DNA of 25,913 nucleotides from NCBI RefSeq assembly GCF_006345805.1, contig NW_021835663.1, positions 1-25,913 of the forward strand, written 5' to 3'. Source of the DNA: Octopus sinensis (lineage: Eukaryota). Made by a program: the position numbers and the translations under genes. The notes below the pieces were generated by a model. That model searched no databases, was not told the DNA's origin, and saw only the letters and a program-made list of their open reading frames with translations. Shown piece after piece: positions 8,633 to 18,300 of the stretch (positions are counted from its first letter, which is position 1; each line of letters begins with the position of its first letter).

Positions 8633-11600
8633 TGGTTGTACCTGATGTTGTCAATAAGGAAGACAGTAGATTTGGTTAGTGTTGTTTTAAGTTTGTTGTG
8701 GAAGCAAGTTTCTTCCAAATGGTTTCAAAAGGGGTTTGGAGAGCAATGGTGCATTGGTGTCTTTGAAATGGTGCAAAGATGTGATGTGACGATAGGTTAA
8801 AAAGAATGGGTCACAGAATGAATCCTTGTTGTACTCCAATAGTAAATTCTGGAAGTGTTGTTCCTGTATATTACATAGTCTTAGCAACCTGACGGGTAGT
8901 TGGAGGTGGTGGTCATCATTTTGTTAAGGGAGTGTGGAGTCCATTGCTGATGTTGATGGTTATTAGAATGGTATGGGTTGTAGTGTAGTGGTTTGAATCA
9001 ATATTATTTTGAGGGGAAGGGCAATACAACCTCTACAATATTATTTACTAAAGTAATCTAGACAATAAAAGACAGAATGGTTATGGCTGGAATGCCATTC
9101 TAAAGGGAGTGAAAATCTCTAAAGAATGGGGACAACACATGGCAGCCCCTAAATAACTTACTTGCCCCTGTAGGGTCCAGTTGGTGAGGGTAGAGATTGT
9201 TCTGTTGGGTACCTTCTTTCTTCTCAGCTGGAAAGAACAACAACAACAACAACAACAATTATACTAAGATTGGTAGCAGCAGTGGTGGTGGTTGTTTGGA
9301 TTTGACGAGTCCCAAGATGAATGTGTCCTAGTGTATTACTGGTACAAATTACAAAATTCATGTTGGATTTGAACTCAGCATAGCAATATAGAAGAGGTAG
9401 GCATGCTGTAAGACATCTAGTGCGGTGATTGGGAGATGTGGAATGTGAGATGTCTCTAGTGAAATGTGTGCTGTGAAATGTAGAATAGATTAATATATGT
9501 CAGGCATTTATTAATGAGTGGCGGTGTGTGGCCTAGTGGTTAGGGTGTTGGACTCATGATCGTAAGATTGTGGTTTCAATTCCTGAACTGGGTGATGCAT
9601 TGTGTTCTTGAGAAAGACACTTCATTTCACGTTGTTCCAGTCCACTCAGCTGGTAAAAATGAGTAATCCTGCGAGGGACTGGCATCCCATCCAGGGTGTT
9701 AATATATATACGCCACGGAAGCCAGGAAACCTGCCCTTATGAGCCCATAGGGCTTTAAAGGAATAACTACTACTATTCATTAATGAAGAAAACATTATTT
9801 TCTAACAAAGTGAGGTTATATCATATCAGTATTTGATATTATGGAATACCTATACACACACATATACACACACTTGCTAGCATGTGCAAGTGTGTGTATA
9901 TGTGTGTGTGTATATATATATCATCATCATCATCCTTTAACGTCCGTTTTTCATGCTGGCATGGGTTGGGCGGTTTGACCAGAGCTGACAAGCAGAAGAG
10001 CTGCACCAGAGTCCAGTCTGATTTTGCTTGGCTTCTACAGCTGGATGCCCTTCTTAATGCAAACCACTTTACAGTGTGTGCTGGGTGCTTTAACGCGCCA
10101 CCGGCACAGGACTCTCGCCGCATGTGCTTTTTACGTGGCACCGTCACAAGTGCTTTTTATGTGACACAGGCACAAGACTCTTGGTGCGAGGGGTTTTTAC
10201 ATGGCACCACACGAGTAAGCACATAAATGCAAAACAAGGTGGAGAAAAATAGAACTCGAATACCGAAGGTAGAGTAATATGCTTTTATTAAAGCTGCAAA
10301 AATCTTCACAAACTGTTACTCAGAGTTTCACATTCCTGTTCGTTGGATGGTTGTGAACATACTGTCTGATGAATAGGAACGTGAAACTCTGAGTAACAGT
10401 TTGTGAAGATTTTTGCAGCTTTAATAAAAGTATATCTATAGTTAGATTCCTAACTACTCCCACATTTTGTGGTGCAGTTTAACCAAATTCGGGTATCTTA
10501 TAGTCGTGATTCATATCAAGCCCGTCTGGGTATTAGCGCGCGTCTACGATGAGTCTACGATTTTAAAAATAATTTAACATCATTTTTTATTCCATTTTAA
10601 TGCATATTTTTTCGTGTCGATGACGGCAGAGTTGGCGTCCATGGTAACATCTGCACCTGTGTTGCTTCTCCCCCTTCTTCCTTCTCTCGTGAAGCTGTGG
10701 GGAAGGGAGTGTAAGGAAATCAACGTCGTAAAGCGTTGTCAAGGAGACCAGCGTTCTTTTAGAACAACAACTTCATGGCTTGAAGACACCAAAACAGAAA
10801 TGGCTAAGAAAGCCCGAATTGGCACCTATAAGGGAAGTAACTCTCTAAAAATGCTTATATAGTTAATTCCCTTACAAACCCGAGCAACGCCGGGCGATAC
10901 TGCTAGTATATATATAAATATATACTCTCTCACTTGTTGCCAAAATGAGAGGGTCAAGACACATTCCATATCTTGATATATTTTTTCTGAACTAAATTTA
11001 AAATTTGAAATTCTAAGTTTTTAATTCACCGGAAGGAAACAGTTTTTTTCATGTTGTAATTGGTTTATTCATCTATAAAAAACACCTCTGAAACAGCTGT
11101 AGTGAGCCTCAACCCATTTGTTTTCTTTCTTTATAAATATATATATATATACTAGCAGTATCGCCCGGCGTTGCTCGGGTTTGTAAGGGAAATAACTATA
11201 TAAGCATTTTTAGAGAGTTACTTCCCTTATAGATGCCAATTCGGGCTTTCTTAGCCATTTCTGTTTTGGTGTCTTCAAGCCATGAAGTCGTTGTTCTCAA
11301 AGAACGCTGGTCTCCTTGACAACGCTTTACGACGTTGATTTCCTTACACTCCCTTCCCCACAGCTTCATGAGGGAGGGAAGAAGGGGAGAAGCAAACAGG
11401 TGCAGGTGTGACCATGGACGCCAACTCCGCCGTCATCGACACACGAAAAATTATGCATTAAAATGAAATAAAAAATGATGTTAAATTATTTTTAAAATCG
11501 TAGACTCATCGTAGACGCACGCTAGTACTCAGACGGGCTCGATATGAATCACGACTATAAGATACCCGGTTTTGGTTAAACTGCACCGCAAAATGTGGGA

Positions 11601-11865
11601 GTAGTTAGGAATCTAAATCGAAGGGGACAGACACTCACACAACTACAGTTTTATATATATAGATATATATATATACAGAATGGTCGGGCTCTCACGGAGT
11701 GGTTGGCGTTAGGAAGGGCATCCAGCCATAGAAACACTGCCAGATCTGACTGGGCCTGACAAAGCCTTCCAGCTTCACAGACCCCAGTTGAACCGTCCAA
11801 CCCATGCTAGCATGGAAAGTGGACGCTAAATGATGATGATGATGATGTGTGTGTGTATGTGTGTG

Positions 11866-11929
<64 letters not shown>

Positions 11930-14900
11930 ATTATATATGTATGCATGTGTATATAAATGCACACACATATATAGAAAGAAACAGAGAAGAGAGAGAGGTA
12001 GAGTGTGCCTTATTTTGACAATTGTTTCTGATTTAGGCACAAGGGCAGCAATTTTGAGGAGGGGATGGGGTTAGTCAATCCCATCAACACCAGTATATGA
12101 CTGGTACTTTTTATTTATCAACCCTGAAAAGATGAAAGACAAAGTTGAGCTCAGCAGGATTTGAACTCAGAATATAAAGAGCCAATCCACCATTTTTTTT
12201 CAATATGATATTTCTACAATGAATCTACAGAAAAACTCATGACAGATAGACACATTGACACATAAACAATGAGAGATGGAGAAGTTAGAAGACAAGAGAT
12301 CAAATTATACTAATGGTGGTGGTGGTGGTGGTGATGTCCCCAATGTACAACAGGAATGTTAACAAGCTGGTCTGTAGAGCAGGGGGGGGGGGGCAGGGTG
12401 TACAATATTAACAACAATGTTTTCACTTACCCCCACCCTGTAATAAATAACACCGCTACCACTGTCACCCCCTCATGTACCTGCCCCTTACACACCACCA
12501 CCACAACCACTCAGTGTCACCCCCACCTCCGGCAACTGCTCCCAGTTTGAGATGCAAATGGAAGACTGCAATGTTCAGACATGTTTATTGGGGGTGGGGG
12601 GCACAAATGGACTTGGTCAGTAATTTTAGGACAGAGTAATGGGGAGGGAGTGTGTGGGTGAGGGTGTGTGCAGAGGTGTGGATATATATATATATATATA
12701 TATATCATCATCATCATCATCATCGTTTAACGTCCGTTTTCCGTGCTAGCACGGGTTGGACGGTTCGACCGGGGTCTGGGAAGCCAGGGGCTGCTCCAGC
12801 TCCAGTCTGATCTGGCAGAGTTTCTACGGCTGGATGCCCTTCCTAATGCCAACCACTCCGCGAGTGTAGTGGGTGCTTTTTACGTGCCACCTGCACAGGT
12901 GCCAGGGGAGTCCGGCATCGGCCATGATTGGTTGGAGCTTTTAACGTGCCAGTGGCACGGAAGCCAGCCAAGGCGGCGCTGGCATCGGCCACGTTCGGAT
13001 GGTGCTTTTTATGTGCCACCGGCACAGAAGCCAGTTGGGGCGGCGCTGGCATCGGCCACGTTCGGATGGTGCTTTTTATGTGCCACCGGCACAGAAGCCA
13101 GTTGGGGCGGCGCTGGCATCGGCCACGTTCGGATAGTGCTTTTTATGTGCCACCAAGACAGGCATCACAACTACTATTTCCATTGATATTTATTTCGACG
13201 TTCATGTTCATGTACTTGACTCAACAGGTCTCCTCAAGCACAGCGGGACGTTCTGGGATCCAGGGTACTTTGAATGGGCAGGGGCTATGCAGAACTGATG
13301 CAGGAAGCAGCCCGGGTCTTTGCAGTCACAGCATATCTCCAGAGATCTCGGTCCTTCGCCATTGCCTCAGTGAGGCCCAACGCTCTGAGGTCATGCTTGA
13401 CTACTTCATCCCATGTCTTCCTAGGTCTACCTCTCCCCCTGATACCTTCAACTTCATATATATATATGAGTGTATAAATGTGTATATATATGTGGTGTGT
13501 GCATGTGTCTGTGTTTATGTTTGGCTTTTATGCGTATATAATGTATATCAACATATGTGTTAAACTGCTATTTAGAAAGAACACAGATGTTGATAACTAA
13601 AATGCAGAATATATGACTACTTGTCCTCCTATCTATCTACCTGTCTCTCTCTCTCCATCTATCTACCTCTCTGTCTATCTATCTGTCTGTCGGTCTGTTT
13701 ATGAACTATCTCTCTCTCTCTATCTCTCTCTGTTAAACTGTCTATAAGAGACAGAGAGAGAGAGCCTGTTAAGTAGATCCCTCCCAATCACTGAGACAGT
13801 CTGTGAGGCAGCCATTATAAACCAACCTCTCCACTCCCAATCCACAGTTTTGTTTAGGGGACATTGTTACAAGCAAGCAGCTTTAGGGGTCTAATTTATA
13901 GGGCTTATCCCAGAGCAAAAGGTGGGTGTGGCAGTTAATTAGGGAGACAGCAACAGGAGCACTGATGGACACATTTTAGACCCCTCCCTCATTCACTCAT
14001 CTCTTATTGTATTTTACATTAAGGCCTGCTTTAAGATGCAATGTTTTATGTTTTAGCATATTGTGGTGGTGGTGGACCCATGGATAAGCTAACAGTCACC
14101 TTTCCAGTTTAATAAACTGAATCAATGTAAAACCAATCATTGCTGGCCCACAACCACACTGCAACGGTGCCATCATTGTCATGTGAACCCAGGACCTTAC
14201 TTTCTTAAATGATGCAGTGAAAGGAACAACAGTGACTGGTGGCGGAGTAGAGAAGGCAGGGAAGGGGTCACTGATCCCTTTCAGGGGCTCTCTATGACTG
14301 GTGGTTGTGGTGATGGTGAGGATGTAGTTACCGATCCTTTTCAGAATGTCTGTAAGTTGTGGAGGGCAGTTATCCCCAGATAGGACACCTGCTCCCAAGT
14401 GGGCTCTGCTAAAAGTAGTCACACCATAGTTACCCTATTATACCACTGGTACCCATATTTTACTGACACAAATACAGTAGACACTTCAGTTTCTTAACAA
14501 TAATGGAGGGCTTCTAAATTGGGACTTGACCTGCTAGAAGTAACAGCTAAATTTCCCCTAAATCAAACCCTATATCCTTAAGAAAGGAAGGACATATTAG
14601 ACAAGATAGAGTTGTTGTATAGTTGGAGGTCAGCCATTATTGAACAGACCTGTGATGAAAGGTGTTTCAGTCATGACCATTCCATCTTATTTTCAGTCAT
14701 TGTGTATCTAGGATTACATTATGTAATGTGTCATTCGTCTTTTGAAGTCTGCAGTTTAAAGGGACATTAGTAGTTATTTCCAGCAGGTTGTGTCACCATG
14801 TAAAGCCTCACTTGTAAACACATAGTCAAGGCTATAGGGTGTCAATCAAATGGGATGGTCCAGCCTGGAATGTCTTTGTTTCTAGCACTGACCTAGGGAT

Positions 14901-15284
14901 AAAGAACAACAGGAAGGGAGATAAATCTGTTTCTTATTGTCTATAAGAGGGTGTTTAAAGGTGTGGGGAGGTAGCCCCTGGCCCCTTCCTACCCCTACAG
15001 GGGTGGGTAAGGGTGGACTACAACATGAACTGATGTGAATACACATTTTTAGACAAGAGTCTGACAGCTGTTTTTTTTACACAACTTGTTTATGAAACAA
15101 CAGACACAGCACGGCAGGGGGGGGGGGCTCTCTGTATATCTGTTTATATGTGTGGTGTGTGTTACATTCCAGCTTTTCCTAACTATCAAACAATGGTAGT
15201 AATGGTCTGTGTGTGTGTGTGTGTTCATATTACACACACGTCTAACCCATGCCAGCATGGAAAAAAGACATTAAATGATGATGA

Positions 15285-15363
<79 letters not shown>

Positions 15364-18300
15364 TGTGGGTGTATGTAGTTGGGGTAGGGGTGGGGTGTAT
15401 ACATGAGTTGACACAACATTCTTACAGTCATTAAACAAATCAGGAAAACTATTAAAATTCAAAGACTTCTGTTGTGTTAAATAGGCGTAGTGGTGGGTGG
15501 GTTAGGGATGCTGATGGAGCAGTGATGGAATGTTGTTGTTGGTGGTGGTGTGTTGTAGCTGTGGCGGTGGTGGTGGTGTAGATGTGTTTGTTGTGATTTA
15601 ACACCAGGTCAGCCCTCATCCAGTAGACCTAGGTTCAAAGGTATTCCAGCTGCGACCATCCTGCCTTTCATTCCAAGCTAGTCTATCTAGGACTACATTA
15701 TCTAATGTGTCCTTTCCTTATTTAAGATGGTAGGATGTAATGTGAGGAACATTTGTCAGCTATTTTTAGCAAGTAGAGCAAACACACAGAGGTTCTCTTA
15801 TTGATGTTATACAGGCTGCACTGTACATATATATGTTTTTTTTAATATTCTGCAAAATCATGTCTGGCCATGGGGAAATATTTCCATCTTGGTTGGACAC
15901 AGGTGAGGGTTGGTGACAGGAAGTGCATCTGGCTATAGAAAATCTGCCCCAATAAACTCCATCCAAGCAAGCAAAAGCATGGAAAAGTGGACATTCAAAC
16001 AATGATGAATAATACTATTCAAATAATATTATTTGATTCTCTGTCTGAAGAATTTCTAAATGGAGATGTCTTATATGTTTCTTCTACATGTACAATTTTG
16101 TAACTCCTATTAGCAAATGAAACATGTGTAATGATGAATAAATAATACCCCCAATATTTTTCCAATCTGTTTTGATATATATATATATATGAGAGGTGGG
16201 TGGAAGACATACACACACACACACATGTGTATACATCTTGGCCCATTGATAAACACATACTCCTATGTATACCTGGGTGTGTGTATATGTATAAAGGATA
16301 TACACGTTCTTCACACCCTCCCCTTATACACCACAGGTATTTGTGTATAAGCAGAGGCTCGTTAGCAGTAACTTAATTAAGTAGCTAGTGATAAAGGGAG
16401 CCGAAAGCTATAAGTTATTAAGGGATTCCCTATTTCTATAAAACTTGAAACATGGGAGTCAAGTAGAAGCAACTTGTCTCTCAGCAGTCAGTCAAGTTAA
16501 TGACTTTTATTTCCCAGTGAGACCCTTAGGCACGCATGCACACCACACACACACACACACACACAGCTGTGTTTGGGTATGTTTAAAGGGGACTTAGATA
16601 TGTTCGATAAAGACTGCTGTATCTTTGGTTGCTTGTAAAATAGTTTATACAGATATCACTTGAGTTCAGCCAATCAGAGAAAGCTATTCTCAACCAATCA
16701 ATTACAGTTCAGTTAACAAGAAACAGTTTTAAAATCTATATCAAAGGTGAAGGTCGCCTGGACACATCTGAAACCAATGGTTATTATATATATATCTATA
16801 GTATATACCACACTATACACACAATGTCTAGACATCACATACTATACATATACAGTATATACAGAGTCTAAACACTGTATATGCTATATACACAATGTAT
16901 ACACCATTTAGTACATATAGTCTACACTACACATATAGTCTCTGCACACCATATACTATATACAATCTACACTCCTCATACAACATACACACCACAAATA
17001 CTGTCACATCACATTCACAAACAAAACTACACATACATCCAAAGAATGGCTACCCTGATTAATAAGGAGTCATCAATGCACCCCTATCTCCTATCCACAG
17101 ACATCCTGTGTCTCCTCTCTCTGCCTTTTCTACCACTACTACAGTGGCTACTGTTCATGAGAACCTCCACTCACATATTCCTCACTCATCTTCTATTTCC
17201 TTCACTTATCACCCACCAGTCCCCACCTCAAATCCTCATTAACCACCCAGTCCCTTCTTCCCAGAACACTGCCCTCCCACTGAGTCAATTCTTCTTCTTC
17301 TTGACTTTACTTTGTGAGTGAAGATTTACAGGGGTGAGGATGGAGGATGTCCACGTCTGTTACAAGCTTGCTGATGTCCAACGAGTCTGATTCAGGACAA
17401 ACAGGTACAACCACAGAGGCTGCATGGGATGATGGGCTGGTCAGGGTTGGTTGTAGTGTCCTTGTTTTCTCTCCTTTTTCTCTTGTCTGTAAGGATGGCT
17501 CTGTGGGTGTTTTCAAAGGAGGCCATTGCCCAGAGATGCCAGTCTTCTCAGTCAGTGGCAAGAACAGACCAAAGGTGATGATCAAAGTGGCCGGTGCCAA
17601 GGGGTTTCTTCAGGGAGTCCTTGTACCTCTTCTTTGATGCTCCTCTCTCATGGTGACCAGAGGAGAGTTTACCAAACAGTGTGATCTTGGGAAGATGATC
17701 CTCCATTCTGGTGATGTGTCCTGCCCTAACAGCAGATGAAGCTTGTGGAGTTTAGAGTGCAGTGCTGGGCCACCAGACCTTCCATGTTTCAGGTGGGATT
17801 CCGTCCACTCCTGTTGTCTTTCCACTTTTCAGTTGCTCTACGGCTTTTGTTGCCTCTGTGAGGGAAGGAATTTCGTCCAGCTCTGACTTCAAAAGCTGCT
17901 GTGGGATATGAAGCACTGCTGTGTCTTGGGCTGAGTGGTTGGCACTGAAGAGAGTTTGAAAGAACTCTAACCACCCACTCAAGATAGTTGCCGTGTTTGT
18001 GAAAAGCATTTTTCTTTCAATCTACACTTTTGCAATGGACTTTGGACATGGTGTGAGGGACCACACATAACTTTTAGGGTTTCATAAAATTCCTTGTAGT
18101 CACCACTGTCTGTGCTAAGCTGAATTCTTTTCGCAAGGTTTATCCAATACTCATTTTTGATCTCTTTAAGTTTGTGCTGGAGATTGCTGCAGACAAGGCA
18201 GAAGGCTGCTTTCTTCCCAGGGCAATATGGGGTCGCAAGGTGAGCCTGGTGGCCAGATCTCTTCTTCGCCAGTAGTATTTGGATCTCTAGGTTATTTTCA

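Noticed and set aside
14096-14422. 108-aa ORF with a strong donor (AAA|gtaagg at 14201) as a cassette exon
   Set aside because: The nearest acceptors give 205 or 208 nt, which is incompatible with the phase 1-1 intron. No recognisable homology.
14480-15790. Degenerate related repeats (about 14480-14600 inverted; 14650-14800 and 15610-15790 direct)
   Set aside because: Similarity is visible but too decayed to define boundaries or class by eye.
16670-16778. Three CCAAT boxes as an intronic promoter
   Set aside because: Short motifs are expected by chance in AT-rich DNA, and there is no other support.
16745-16785. GAAACCAATGGT, identical to HHR-A stem III
   Set aside because: No CUGANGA core or stem I complement upstream; at most a decayed remnant.
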